Under the pieces are notes generated by a model. It did no database searches. It saw nothing but the letters and a program-made list of their open reading frames with translations, and had not been told where the DNA came from. Shown piece by piece: positions 40,584-54,348 of a DNA stretch of 64,000 nucleotides. The stretch covers positions 15,376,001 through 15,440,000 of the forward strand of contig OZ024751.1 of assembly GCA_964016885.1 (NCBI GenBank). The letters run 5' to 3'. The DNA comes from Eledone cirrhosa (Eukaryota). Numbering within the stretch: position 1 is the stretch's first letter; each line of letters begins with the position of its first letter. The position numbers and the translations under genes were made by a program.

Positions 40584-41864
40584 GTAAAGTTTAGGATTAT
40601 TATTTTTTTTTATCAACCATCTCTTCTCTAACAAATTTCTTGCCTTGTGCCGGTGGATTGGCAGTATCGGTAGAGAGTCGGATGCTCTGCTTTGCAGCAT
40701 AGTTACGTCCCTTTACGGACTGAGTTCAAATCCCGCCGAGGTTAACTTTACCTTTCATCCTTACGGGGTTGATAAAATAAAGTACCAGTAATGCACTGGG
40801 ATAATTGCTGGCCTTGTGCTAAAAGTAGAAACAATTAATACTGGGGTGGTAGATTGACAGTATCTGTAGAGTGTAGGACACCATGCTGCGTGGCATAGAA
40901 TTACGGCCCTTTATGTTCTGAGTTCAAATCCTGCTGATGTTAGTCCTGCCTTTCATCATTACAGGGTCGATGAAATAAAGTACCAGTAATGCACTGGGGT
41001 CGATTTAATTAGCTTTCCCCTCTTCCCAAATTGCTGGCCAAAATTGAAAATCATAGTGTAAAACATTTAGTTAGGCTACACATGCATACATATACACACA
41101 TACATATATACAGGCTGGATTGGTTACCAAAACAAAAAGCATCCAATCAGCACTCAGTCCACTCTGTAATGTAGTTGTGCTGGTGACAAAAAGCACCCAG
41201 TCCACCCCGGAAGGTGGTTGTGCTGTTGACATGAGTAAAAAGCACCCAGATCACCTTGTAAGGTGGTCATGCTGTTGACATCACCCAGTCTGCCCTGTAA
41301 GGTGATTATGTTGGTGTCATGACAAAAACCACCAGTCCTCCATGTAAGGTAGTTGTGCTGGTGCCATGAAAAAAAGCACCCAGTTCACCCTGTAAGGTGG
41401 TTGGCATTTGGAAGGACCTCCAGTCATAGAAATCCAACCAAAGATTTAGCATACAATCAAGACATGACCATCTAACTAGCCAGGCCTCTACATAATAACC
41501 TGCCTCACCTATGGAAAACATGTTAATCTTTGATGATCTATATGATTAATTAATTGAGCATCATCATCATCATCATCGTTTAATGTTCATCTTCCATGCT
41601 AGCATGGGTTGGACGGTTTTGTCCCACTTGAGGCAAGATTGGTCGGGAGACCATGTCTCGCTCATACAGAACTGTTTCTGGCAGGTTTTCTACGGCTGGA
41701 TGCCCTTCCTAACACCAACCACATTTACAGTGTGGACTGGGAGCCTTTTTACTGTGTCTCCTGCACGACCACTTTATAGTGTGGACTGAGTGTTTTTTGT
41801 TGTCACCAGCACAACTACCTTATTAATTCATGTATCATTTGTATTATTCTGTTGTTCCTTTCAG

Positions 41865-42035
41865 CAAAATGAACTTTATGATGAGAAGAGATGTAAAGTG
41901 TTTGAATGTGATTTAACTAAAGATGATTTGGTGGCCAACATTCCAGCCCAGTCTGTTGATATCGTCTCATTAATCTTTGTCTTATCAGCAATCCATCCTG
42001 ATAAGATGCTTGAGTGTTTACAGAACATAAGAAAG
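41865..42035 (+). CDS. METTL6: METTL6 coding exon 3
   Basis: QNELYDEKRCKVFECDLTKDDLVANIPAQSVDIVSLIFVLSAIHPDKMLECLQNIRK; canonical AG/GT. Confidence 0.95.
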
Positions 42036-43438
42036 GTAATACAAAATTCTTTTTTGTGTAGTAGTAGTGGTGCTGGTAATAGTGAATGAGGTGATGTTAA
42101 TAACTCTTTAGCATTTGCATTACTCTATATTTACTATTGTAATTTTGTGCTAAAGGCTTTACCCCACATAATTATCTTGCATAATATCGAATCTGAGATT
42201 TTGATATTATTTATTTTGAGAACAATACTTTAATGCTGGTATGAGTGGACAGTTATGGCCGGTTTGAACAGAAAGAAGTGAGAGAATGCTGGCCGGTTTA
42301 AATGCTAAAGAGTTAATATTATTGTTGTTGTTGTTACTGGTTATGTAGCCCAAAATGTTAGACCTGTCGTTCCAACAATGAGTGTTCTAGTTTTTCAAAC
42401 ATTGGAACAGCCAGTTCGTGAAATTAACCTGTAAGTGTCAGAGTATTTTGCAGGCACATGCACTGTTAGTGTAGTTCTTAGGGAAATTCAGTTTGACACA
42501 GTTTGTGAAAAAGCTGTGAAGTGAATGGAATTAGGAAGCATACCCAGCTGTAGAAACCACGCCATAATGGAATGTATGAGCAAGACATTTATTTGACTTG
42601 TCTGTCTAGCTTCAGTGTGACAACCTAGCTAACTTACGCAAGTATAGAAAATAGATGTAAAACGGTGATGATGTTAATATATTATATATAATGTATATAT
42701 CATCATCATCATCATCATCATTTTATGTCCGCTTTTCCCTGCTTGCAAGGGTGGGACGGGAACTGATTCTGGCTTGATTTCTACAGCTGGATGCCCTTCC
42801 TAACACCAACCTCATTTACAGTGAGTGCTGAGTGCTTTTTTCCGTGGCACCTACACGACCACTTTGCCGTGGAATGATAGGGACCCCAGTCCCTATCACC
42901 TCATTTCTACAGCTGAGTAAACTGGAGCAATGTGAAATAAAGTGTCTTGCTCAAGGAAACAACACATCACCCGGTCTGAGAATTGAACTCACAACCTATC
43001 GATTGCAAGGCCAATGCTCTAACCACTAAGCCATGTGCCTCCATCACCATCATCATTTTACATCCCCTGTTCCATGCTTTCATGGGTTGGACGTGTCTTT
43101 CTCAGTTACTATGTTCTCTGAGCACCCTTCTTCACTGCTAATTATATCACTTATGTAGCAGAAGCCATCAACCACTTCTATAGGTCCTTCTTGGGATTGG
43201 AGAAGGTTTATATCAGCGGGGTGGCATTGATGGGAGTGGGGAGGGTCATACCACCCTAGGAGAGGAAGTGTTGGGTCATGGAGGTGATCTAGCAGAGTGT
43301 GAGTTGAGTCCGGTTGTATATTGTCAGGTGTGCCTAGCATTCTATGTTGGCATGGGTTGGACCAAGAACTAGGATGTAGGTGTAAATATAAAACTTCTGA
43401 TTGACTTGTAACCTTCTGTGTCTGTCTGTATATCCTAG

Positions 43439-43580
43439 GTAATCAAACCAGGTGGTTGTCTTCTCTTCCGTGATTATGGTCTCTATGACCATGCCATGTT
43501 ACGGTTTGCACCTGGTCATAAGTTGGCAGAAAACTTCTATGTACGGCAAGATGGTACCAGAGCTTATTATTTCTCGACAG
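43439..43580 (+). CDS. METTL6: METTL6 coding exon 4
   Basis: [47 protein letters not shown]; donor cag/gtaagt, phase 1. Confidence 0.95.
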
Positions 43581-44560
43581 GTAAGTTATTATGTATTAGT
43601 ATTTTATAGTGTTGTTATAGATAAGACTATAGTCTTTTTAAATCATCCCTCCATCAAATGTGAAGCATCATTCATTTTGCCTTTTGCATATATGCACCTC
43701 ACCACACCGGCATACTCATACACAATAGTGCCAATCCATTGTCGAATTAATAGTTGCTCATCTGCAAAGACACTGGTGTTCAAGACGCCAAAGTCATCTA
43801 ATTAAACTGATGGTTGTCGCATGAGCTGCTGTTTACTGTGAGAAACAGGATTTCTATTGAAGCTTACTCCTCTGGATTCAACCTGTTCTGCTAGATTATC
43901 CTATGATTGACATATCAGAGACACTTCGTGTAGGATGTGGCTTTTCACCACTCGGGTATATAGTATATGGTAGATATATGATATAGATATATAAACTATA
44001 ATACTACATAGCTATATTATATTCTAGAAACTATACTACATATAGTGCTGGATTTAACTATAATCTAAATAAGCTATAGCTGCACGCCCTTGGGAGTCTC
44101 ATTTTAAATAATATATTTTTATAAGTTTTTATTCTTTTATACTAAATCATCAAAAATTAGGGCCTCACATTTCATATAGCTTAGAGCCGCAGTTGGTGAA
44201 AGTCCGGCCCTGAATATATAGCTATATTATATTATAAGATATAACATATAATATTATTTAGCTATATTATATTATTGGTATAACCTACTATAGTCTATTG
44301 CTATAATATATAAAGTCTGTCTTACGGTTTGTTAGGTCGGTGTTTATTTATCCCGGTTTCATGGCGTGAAGCGATTGAGAGTACATGACTTCCTGGACAG
44401 GACGCTAGTCCATTGCAGTGTTAAACCCCCAGCTATTACTGGTACTCAACATGAAATGAAGTGTTTTGCTCCAGAACACAACATGCAATCCAGCCCAGGA
44501 ATCGAACCCACGACATTATGATCATAAGTCCAACACCCTTACCACTAGGCCATGAACCTC

Positions 44561-44598
<38 letters not shown>

Positions 44599-45424
44599 AT
44601 ATAATATATAGCTATACTATATTTTAGTATATAGTTGTAGTATGATGGTTGTCATCATTTAACATCCACACTTTATCTACAATGCATAAAAAAAAGCAAC
44701 CAGTAGCATTTATATCCTGCATAAACAATACGCCTCATATCAGTGTTTTGCTGATGCTGTGCAGTACACACCACACAGTATGGATTAGCCATGTGAAGGG
44801 CATCTGGCCATAGGAACTTTACTTTGTCAAATGTCATGTTTATATATGTACATTATTTTCAGACACTCAAGAAGGTTATCAACTATATTTGTTTGTAACT
44901 GAGTTAATTTTCTATGTACAGACTTGAAGTTTGTCAGTAGGTGTTTAAGTATATATGATTTAGAGTTATGTATTTTTACCTGATATTGTTGTTAAATTTG
45001 ACTTTTATTTGCAGCTAAGTAAAATTAATTAACAGGTGTAAAAGAAATGACTTTATGGATAAACAAAAAATATAAAAATTAAACTTTGTCTTATCTGTTA
45101 GTTATGTTACAAAAATTAGCCACAAATGATCCAAATGTTGACTTCACACAATTTTACCCTGTTTACGAACAGGTGAATTAATTAAAATGCAGGTATAATC
45201 ATTACAAGGTTTTAGTTTTTCTCTATATTTCATGCAAATATTTTCATTGAAAAGAAAGTATAAAAACCGTTTACCTGTCAATATACTATTGGCAATGTAC
45301 TCTTACACAATATACAGGTGTGACATACAGCAAATCATTACATATTTCTGGGTTTTGCATATAATTTGAGTTCAAATAATAATAATTTATTTTTGACAAC
45401 ATAATTAATATTGTTAGGTAATAT

Positions 45425-46900
45425 TTCTGTCATAAAATTGGCCAAACCAACCTTTACATAATGGCACTTTACAAAAGTAACACTTTAAAAAAGTAACACA
45501 TAAAAGATGTTTCAATTTGGTAACCTTTAGCAGTTCTTTTCTTTTGCAAAGAACACATTTTGCAAACTTTTCTTGCATCCATTAATTTTTCCTATTTTAT
45601 GAAAATCAATATTTTCTTTATTTACATCTACTTTAGTTAGTTTTGATTTTCTCCCAACTGTGTGTTTGCAGGAAGTGTACCCTCACGTAACTGTGATACA
45701 ACGTCCACATGAAATTTCCTTTGTTTGTGGCAGATCCTTGTGGCTTTTAGTGAATAAAACAAGAATTCACAATTGTTAAATTCACTAAAAACTACAAAAT
45801 ATCTCCACCATTTCTTTCAAGGACGTCCAACTGGGTAATAGGCACACTACTGATTGGATTTGTTGATCTCACCCATGTATTTATTATATGAAATATTTGC
45901 TAGGGGTTTACGTTCAGTCCCAACACCTGGTAGACAGGAATAACATTTGCTGTTTGTCCCTGTATGATGTGGCTAGCATGTTGCTTTTTTTGCACTTGGA
46001 GAATGTCCCCCCTTTTTTTTAAAATTTTGTGCATTTTAATTCTTGGGGATAGCCGTTTGCGATAGCCCATAATTGTACTGCAAGTGTACGTGTTTACGAG
46101 GGTAAGATGCTCTGCCAGAAGCTCTGAAGAAAAAATAATGATTGAAATAGACATGTCTGTGTTGTAAGTGGAAAGGTTCAGTTGGAGACCACACAATCCA
46201 TTTTGTCTCCATTAATGTTTTTTTTCTGTGTACACATCAAAGTTTGTACATTAAGCTGTGTCCATTTCACAGAGCTCCCACACCTTGATACCCCATTTGG
46301 GAGGTTAAGCTGGCATATATTGTCAGAAATGTACCCTACCCATATAGCCAATCATCGCTTCAACAACACAGATTTTTTCCAGGTATATACACAGTTTTAA
46401 ATTTCTCCGATAGTAAATTGAGCCTTGAGCGGACTTTGTAATAGAAGAACATAATTTAGTTCATTCCTTCTGGGGACATTGGAAATATCAACTAGATGCA
46501 AATATTGGTATATTTTCAAAAACCAGGTTTTAGGGCATAGTGCTTGATATATAAGGGTCACCATAACTTATTTCTTGGCTTCATTAAATCTAGAGTTTTG
46601 AAAATTATTTGATACTGAACATTATATTTATGGTAAAAAATGCTCAAATTTCTAGAGCATGTCAATTGCGATAATAGATCGGGTTTTACTCGATTACAAA
46701 TAGTTTGTTGAGCATATCAATTTGTCTCTTCTGCCACAGCTTTGCAGAAAGTCTGTGGCAAAACAAAAAGAAATAATCCAGTGGTTGAGAATCCAGTGTG
46801 GACAAGTTTTTAAACTGAAATCAGGAATATGTATTGCATCATGGAAATCTTCACTTTCATTGTTGGATGAAAATTGAGAAATATATATATACAGTGTTCC
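45425..46900 (-). pseudogene. Decayed piggyBac (PGBD4-like) transposase in the last METTL6 intron
   Basis: Collinear motifs across frameshifts: AEETN*YAQQ, QYLHLVD, YIPGKNLCVVEAMIGYMGRVHF*QYMPA*PPKWGIKVWELCE, TYTCSTIMGYRK, YNKYMGEINKSNQ..KKWWRY, C-terminal CKMC..ETSFMC..CKVPLC. Confidence 0.9.
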
Positions 46901-47515
46901 TGTTACGTTCGTGAAATTTTCCATAGAGACCTAACTAATAATTGTTCGTGGAAACCACTGCATATTCGTGAAAACCACTGCATATTCGTGAAATTATAAA
47001 TATCTTCTGCAATTTTTTAATGGCTTGTTCTTTTTCATGGCAATATATATTTTTTTTACACCTTTTAACGCTATATTATTAATAACAATATACCGTTTTT
47101 GCCAGCCTATGTCTTACGTTATGTAATGATGTTTATAGGCATTTTTATGGACCACGTCCAATATTGGTGGTTTTTCACTCTTCATGGGAGCGCTAGGAAT
47201 GTAATCCCCACGAATACCGGGGGACAACTGTATTCGATTCATTCAAAGACAAATTGCTCTTTTCTTTTTTTCCTTCTTCATTTTGAAAATGATCACGAGT
47301 GAAACCTTTTAAGAAGCCATATTGATATATACAAAAAAAATCTTTCTTCAGACATTAAACCGTCACACGTTATTATAAGTTTCACTATATTTACTATCGT
47401 ATATTCGTGGTAAAGGATTTATTTCACATAATCTCAAATCTACAAGGTTTTGATTGCGTTATTGTTTATTTTTAGAACGATATATTAACAAGTGTAAGGA
47501 GCTGGTTATGGCTGG

Positions 47516-47696
47516 ATTGAATAGAAAGAATTTTGGCCAGTTTGAATAGAAAGAATTTTGGCCAGTTTGAATAGAAAGAATTTTGGCCAGTTTGAATAGA
47601 AAGAATTTTGGCCAGTTTGAATAGAAAGAATTTTGGCCAGTTTGAATAGAAAGAATTTTGGCCGGTTTGAATAGAAAGAATTTGGCCGGTTTGAAT
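47516..47696. repeat. 25-bp unit x ~7 expanded inside a piggyBac-type MITE
   Basis: tttgaatagaaagaattttggccag. Confidence 0.93.
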
Positions 47697-48698
47697 GCTA
47701 AAGGGTTAAAAAGTCTCATGCAAACAATGCTAGCATAGAAAATATAAAAACAATGCTGAAGCTGGTAGTGTTGGTGGTGATTGGCAGAATCGGTAGAGCG
47801 TTGGAAACCATGCTTTGCAGCCTAGAGTTATGTCCTTTTATGTTCTGAGTTCAAATCCCTCCAGGGTTAGCTTTGCCTTTCATCCTTATGGGTCGATAAA
47901 ATAAAGTACCAGTAATGCACTGGGGTTGATTTAATCGACTTTCCCCTCTCCCCCAAATTGCTGGCCTTGTGCCTGTAGTAGAAATCATTCAAATCCCGTC
48001 GAGGTTAACTTTGCCTTTCATCCTTACGGGGTCGATAAAATAAAGTACCAGTAATGTACTGGGATAATTGCTGGCCTCGTACCAAAAGTAGAAACTATTA
48101 TTATTATTATTATTGGTAGAGCATTGGACACCATGCTTTACAGCATAAAGTTATGGCTCTTTACGTTCTGAGCTCAAATCTCGCTGAGGTTAACTTTGCC
48201 TTTCATCCTTATGGGGTTGATAAAATAAAGTACCAGTCACGCACTGGGGTCGATTTAATCAGAAACCATTATTATGGTGGATTGGCAGTATCAGTAGAGG
48301 ATCAGACAACATGCTTTACAGCATATAATTATGTCCCTTTACGGTCTGTTCAAATCCTGTTGAGGTTAGCTTTGCTTTTCATCCTTAGGGGCTTGTTAAA
48401 TTACTAGGGTCGATTTAATTGATTTTCCCTTTCCCACAAGTTGTTGGCCTTGGCGCTTAACCCTTTAGCATACGCATTGCTTTATATATACTATATTTTC
48501 ATGGTAAACGCTTTACCTCGCATAATTATCTCACATAATATCGAATCTATGAGATTTTGAAAGTATTTATTTTAAGAACAATACCGTAACATCAGTTTGA
48601 ACGACCAGTTACAGCCAATTTCAACAGAAAGAGGTAGAGAATTCTGGCCGGTTTGAACATTAAAGGGTTAAAGTAGAAACAATTATTATTATTATTAC

Positions 48699-49343
48699 TT
48701 ATATGCTTTCCAGCATAGTTACGTCCCTTTACGATCTGAGTTCAAATCCCGCCGTGGTTGACTTTGCCTTTCATCCTTACGGGGTCGATAAAATAAAGTA
48801 CCAGTAATGCACTGTGTAATTGCTGGCCTTGTGCCTAAAGTAGAAACAATTATTATTACTTATATACTTTCCAGCATAGTTACGTCCCTTTACGATCTGA
48901 GTTCAAATCCCGCCGAGCTAGACTTTGCCTTTCATGTTTACGGGGTCGATAAAATAAAGTACCAGTAATGCACTGTGTAATTGCTGGCCTTGTGCCTAAA
49001 GTAGAAACAATTATTATTACTTATATGCTTTCCAGCATAATTACGTCCCTTTACGATCTGAGTTCAAATCCCGCCGAGGTTGACTTTGCCTTTCATCCTT
49101 ACGGGGTCGATAAAATAAAGTACCAGTAATGTACTGTTTAATTGCTGGCCTTGTGCCTAAAGTAGAAACAATTATTATTACTTATATACTTTCCAGTATA
49201 GTTACGTCCCTTTACGATCTGAGTTCAAATCCCGCCGAGGTTGACTTTGCCTTTCATCCTTACGGGGTCGATAAAATAAAGTACCAGTAATGTACTGGGT
49301 AATTACTGGCCTTGTGCCTAAAGTAGAAACAATTATTATTACT
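48699..49343 (+). repeat. Tandem array of four 161-bp headless SINE-A units
   Basis: Units start at 48699, 48860, 49021 and 49182. Confidence 0.95.
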
Positions 49344-49409
49344 TAAAGTATCCAACTATAGTAAACACAATCTGCAGTTTTTTTTTTATTCATTCTTTCT
49401 TTCTTTCAG

Positions 49410-49552
49410 ATTATACTGAATATTTACTGCGTGATGCAGGTTATGACATCTGTCAACTTCACTATGTAAAACGGGAGACAGTCAACAAGAAAGAAGGACT
49501 TTGTGTACCCCGTATATTTATACAGGGGAAGTTCTCTGTGGCAACATCGTGA
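49410..49552 (+). CDS. METTL6: METTL6 coding exon 5 (last); full protein ~273 aa
   Basis: (D)YTEYLLRDAGYDICQLHYVKRETVNKKEGLCVPRIFIQGKFSVATS*; acceptor tttcag, phase matches exon 4. Confidence 0.95.
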
Positions 49553-49646
49553 AGCCCTGTGTGTGTTTGTCTGTATATGTATCATCATCTTCATCATTGT
49601 CATTTTTATATCTGTTTAAAAAAAAACGCTGATGATGATGATGATG

Positions 49647-49680
<34 letters not shown>

Positions 49681-49682
49681 TA

Positions 49683-52447
49683 TGTGTATGGAAGTGCAAT
49701 TGTACAATCTAAGCCACAAGCAGGTTCGAAAACCAACGGTAGCAATGAAAATGTATTGAAGATAACTGAAGATATTCTAGCTCTATTGTTTGCATAGAGC
49801 ACTCTGTTTCTTTTATCTATTTGAAGGAATCATTCAACACTAATCATACAGCACCTCATGAGGAATGATTGATGCAATGTCTTGTCTTTCATACCAAGAT
49901 TGGCATCTTTTAGCCCGGCAAGTTGAGCACCCTAAAATTACAAGGATATAAACCAACACAAGATGAATTTATATGAGCCCGATTATTCCACACACATAAT
50001 ATACCCACACCAACCATCACCACTTACACCACACTGCTGAGAGAGAAAGCAGGAAATGTGAGTAGACAAATATACCCACACCAACCATCACCACTTACAC
50101 CACACTGCTGAAAGAGAAAGCAGGAAATGTGAGCAGAGAAATATACCCACACCAGCGAACAACATTTATAACAAACTGCTGAGAGAGAAAGCAGGAAATG
50201 TGTGCAGACTGAGATGGACAGCACTACTTTTCAAAGAAGTGTTAGCTACGACCCACCACTGACCATTTTAATATCAGGTCAAGTCTGTTTCCTCCTAGAG
50301 ATAGACAACTAGCACCATTGGAAGTGGACTTGTTACACACAATTAATATAACATTCTGTGAGTACCATAACAATTTCCAAGCTAAACTTTCTCATGACAT
50401 TAACAAATTTAAATCTTCTAAACATATTTTTGTCTTCTCTGATGAAACAAAAAACTTATACTGAGTAGATACACTAATAGAATCAACTATTACTTAATAC
50501 TAACGAATATCAGAAAGCTAAACTAACCACCTATAATAATATTAACAATGATGTTAAACATTTAAATATAGATAAAAGAACGGAAAGCTGAGCCAAACGT
50601 AGTTCTTATATCACTTTGAAGGATCATAAAAATAAATTTAATAATAGGCCTAGTTGTAGATTAATAAACCCAACTAGAACTGAGATAGGACTAGCTAGTA
50701 AGAAGATACTAAGAGATATAAATAAACGTACTAACAGTAAGGCCAGCCAATTACAGTGGATTAACACATCCGTAATATCTTGGTTTAACAAATTCCTGTT
50801 AAAAATAGAGCTAGATTCAGACAGTTTGACATCATAGACTTCTACCATTCTATTACTCTTGCACTATTAGATTGAGCTTTACAATTTTCCTGCAACTCAG
50901 CCTGATCACTGACCGAGAAATATAATAGATGTAATTATGCATACCAGAAAAATGCCACCTGGGTTAAAAAATCAAACCCAGAGGTTCCTTTCGACATCTT
51001 GATGGTAGATGTCTGTGATTTGGTTGGATTATGTATCCTCCATACCCTCAAAGAGAAATTTCCAGACCATACCATTGGCCTCTATCGTGATGATGGCCTG
51101 GTTGTCTCCTATAACAATGGCCATTCCCTAGATAAGTTGTGTAAGGACCTAATACAGACCTAATGGTAGACACTACCTTAACTAATGCAAATTTCTTAGA
51201 CGTTAATTTAGATTTAGTCACAGGTACCTATAGGCCCTACCATAAATCCCATGAAAAATTAAGATATTTCAACAGAGGGCCTTGCCACCCTCCCAATAGT
51301 ACATAAAAACCTGGTTCTTAACATTAGTCGTAGGATCTCAAATTATTTTCTTTAAGGAAATATGTAAGGCTGCCCCATACTAAAATAGATTAGTGATCGT
51401 AGTTTCAAGGATAGGATTACATATATACTAAAAAGTACCAACCAAAATAAAAATAGGAATATCATCTAGTTCACACCACCCTACTCCTTAGCAGTGAAGA
51501 TTAACATAGGTAGAAAGCTCTTACAACTAATAGATAGGCACTTCCCCCTTTAGCATTGGTATATTTAATTGTCACTTAATGATAGTTAACTACTTTTGTG
51601 GTCCATCAATGAAGTCAAAAAGAACACCACAGGACAACCCAGGATGCTCATGTAGGAAAAATATAACTTAAGATTAGTAGTGTATGAAGCCATGATTATA
51701 GCAAATGGAAACGGCCAATCGGCTGCAAATCAATGATAAGTGGGCATGACACAAGACCTCTTTAAACAGTGGTACTTCTTGCATATGGCATCATTTAAGC
51801 ACCAACATCTGAGAAAACCAATGGCAATGGCCACTCAAGTATGGGAGCTTAAAGACTATACAAGATAGAATGGAGCATCTAGGAGAAAACCAAGTCCTAC
51901 ATTAAACGAACAAAATGGTGTTCACTTTATATTAGTGATAAATCCAGGATATTACCCGAACAGTAAAACTGGGGTGTTCCGAAAATGCCCACATATGAAC
52001 ACATATCTGCTTGCAGCATCAGCTAATTATATCACAAATCTACAGCCCCACCAAAATAGGTATAGTTACATATAAACACGTTTTGAGAACCAACCCTGAT
52101 ATGTTTACAATAAACTTAATAAGCAATATCACAGTAATATTACAAATATACAACTACCAGGAAAAGTATAATTGCATACACAAACTTATACTATCTTGCA
52201 TGCACACCTTAATAGAAACTTAATATGCACAACATTAGCAAGAGTTATTCCCCATGAATTAGGAAAAGCAAAATTATGTCATGATTAACCCCCTTGCAAC
52301 AAACACAATCTCATAAATAACGCCAGCCATCTTTCTTTTATAGTTGCCTGAAGGAAAATGACGCTTGTGGAAGTGCGACCATACAGTCTAAGCCACATGC
52401 AGGACTGGGAACCAATGGTAACAATGAAAATGTATTGAAGATAACTA
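49683..52447 (+). mobile_element. Decayed full-length Penelope-like retroelement (RT plus GIY-YIG-like C-terminus) with direct pseudo-LTRs
   Basis: TLKDHKNKFNNRPSCRLINPTRTEIG, FDIIDFY, GLYRDDGL, NFLDVNLDL, HPP, FTPPYS, VVYEA..GMT..VWELKD. ~85-bp direct repeats at 49683-49767 and 52363-52447; the right one carries TTGC CTGAAGG..GGAAC CAATG GTA (mutated hammerhead). Confidence 0.88.
49998..50205. repeat. ~70-bp unit x3 within the PLE 5' region
   Basis: atatacccacaccaaccatcaccacttacaccacactgctgagagagaaagcaggaaatgtgag. Confidence 0.88.
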
Positions 52448-52691
52448 TTCTATAATATGTATATATATATCATTATCATCATTGTTTAATGTCTATCTTC
52501 CATGCTAGCATGGAATTGAGGCAAGATTGGTTGGGTAACTGCATACATTACATTTCTCAAATCAACAATTCGGCAGTAAAAAGTTCGATATATATATATA
52601 TATATGTGTGTGTCTGTGTGTATATATATGTGATCATCGTCACCGTTTTACATCCGTTCTCCCATGCTAGCAAGGGTTAGACGGGTGTATA

Positions 52692-52818
52692 TATTAAAAT
52701 AACAGATTAAAGTTTAAGCAAAGAATCGCTGCTTTCACCCTTAACGGGATCTTCAGAAGATCCCGTTAAGGGTGAAAGCAGCGATTCTTTGCTTAAACTT
52801 TAATCTGTTATTTTAATA
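52692..52818. repeat. Perfect palindrome, 63-bp arms with 1-nt spacer, centred on a hammerhead core
   Basis: ...cccttaacgggatcttc A gaagatcccgttaaggg...; minus reads CUGAAGA UCCC GUUAA GGGU GAAAGCA..UGCUU. Confidence 0.92.
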
Positions 52819-52924
52819 AATATTTGCTCTACGGTTCTTATATATTTGATATATATTTATCCTTATCGAGCCCTCTTTGGATTTTAGTCTTCAAATTTAT
52901 TACTATATATATATATATATATTT

Positions 52925-53360
52925 TCTAGGGCGGGTAAAATTCCCGAGATCCATGGACGAGTTCTCTCCAACGGTCTCTGACCCTCACCATCGCTGCCAT
53001 GTGCTGCGTCTCCAATAGACCAGTGTCTGTCCTTAGGGTATCAACATACGTTAACCTTGGTCTTCCTCTTCCAGTGTGTCCATGTAGGGGCTCCTACAGG
53101 AGCACTGAATGCAATGTCAACTCTGGATGTCGGTGAGCATGTCCAGCTAACCTCAGTCTCCTCTGTGTCACTTTTGAGCTGACTTTTGGGAGGCTCCCAT
53201 ATAGCTCTGAGTTTTTCATCCTCAGTGTATACTGATTAATGTTCAGAGCCATCCTCAGCATTCTCGTGTAGCACCTATCCACCATCTGAGTGAGTTTCTT
53301 GGTCAGTGTCCAAGTCTCAGACCCGTACAGCAGCACAGACTCCACTACAGCAATGAAGAG
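52925..53360 (-). mobile_element. RTE-like LINE 3' fragment (related piece ~58290-58430)
   Basis: VESVLLYGSETWTLT..YTRMLRMALNI..RRLRLAGHAHRH..RGRPRLTYVD. Confidence 0.82.
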
Positions 53361-53364
53361 GCGG

Positions 53365-54185
53365 ATAGTAAAGTTTTCCTAGCTGTTATTATTATGTCTA
53401 CTTCTCTTCTAGTGAGGCTTGATCTGTTCATGGCTGAGATCAGTGCCTTGTTAAGGATGATTGGGGATATAGATGCGTAGTAGTTCGTAATGTCCAATTG
53501 GACTAATCGAACATTCGACTTAGTTTCAATGGCACAAAACCAGTCTATTACCTCCTTTGTACAAGACCATAGGCTGAGTTTAGTTCTAATCTTAAAGTTC
53601 AGGTAAGATTCGGTCAATGATTGATTTGCTAAGTCTACCAAGGTCCGATTTGGAGGGGTCTATGAGCCTGACCGGTAGTTTTGACTGGAAGTCCGGTTTA
53701 TGGTCTTTAATGGATATTCTCAGTGTCCTAGGGTTGTAAGGAAAGGTCCTGTCGTCAATACTCAGTTCGGTCATTATTGATTTCGCCTGCTTATTTATGT
53801 GTGGTAGGTTTTCTCGTGTTGATGTTTTGTATATTTTAGAGATTTCGTTTGTAATGCATTTGTTGTAGGTTTTGTACTCTAAATTATATAGGTTTCCAGT
53901 TTTATCCGCTGGTACAATAATCCCAGTGCTATTCTTGATCCGTTTTAAGGTAGAGGAGAGTCCAAGCAGGAATGCACTTCTGTCAGGGTTTCGCGGTGGT
54001 TTCCTGAATCTAATTTTCCGGATCATGGTAATGATCCTGCTCTCAAATTCCTCAAGGAGTGGGTTGTGCGGTGGGTTTTTCGTCGATTTGAAAAGTCTTT
54101 TTATGTGGTTGGTGGGATTGTTAATTGATCCAGGGGCCCTCCTGTTGTTGTAGTGGTAGGCCCTCCAACGGATCCTCCTGATGAT
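53365..54185 (-). mobile_element. Penelope-like element RT, N-terminal half (one frameshift)
   Basis: RRIRWRA, VPADKTGNLY, ISIKDHKPDF..PVRLIDPSKSDLGRLSK, LWSCTKEVIDWF, LDITNYYASIS; homologous to but divergent from the 49.7-52.4 kb element. Confidence 0.88.
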
Positions 54186-54348
54186 TTATCATCATCATCA
54201 TTTTACGACCGCTTTTCCCTTCTTGCAAGGATGGGACGGGAACTGATTCTGGCTGATTTCTACAGCTGGATGCCCTTCCTAACACCAACCTCATTTACAG
54301 TGAGTGCTGAAATTACATGAATCAAAGTTCTGTTCAAACCATTTATTA

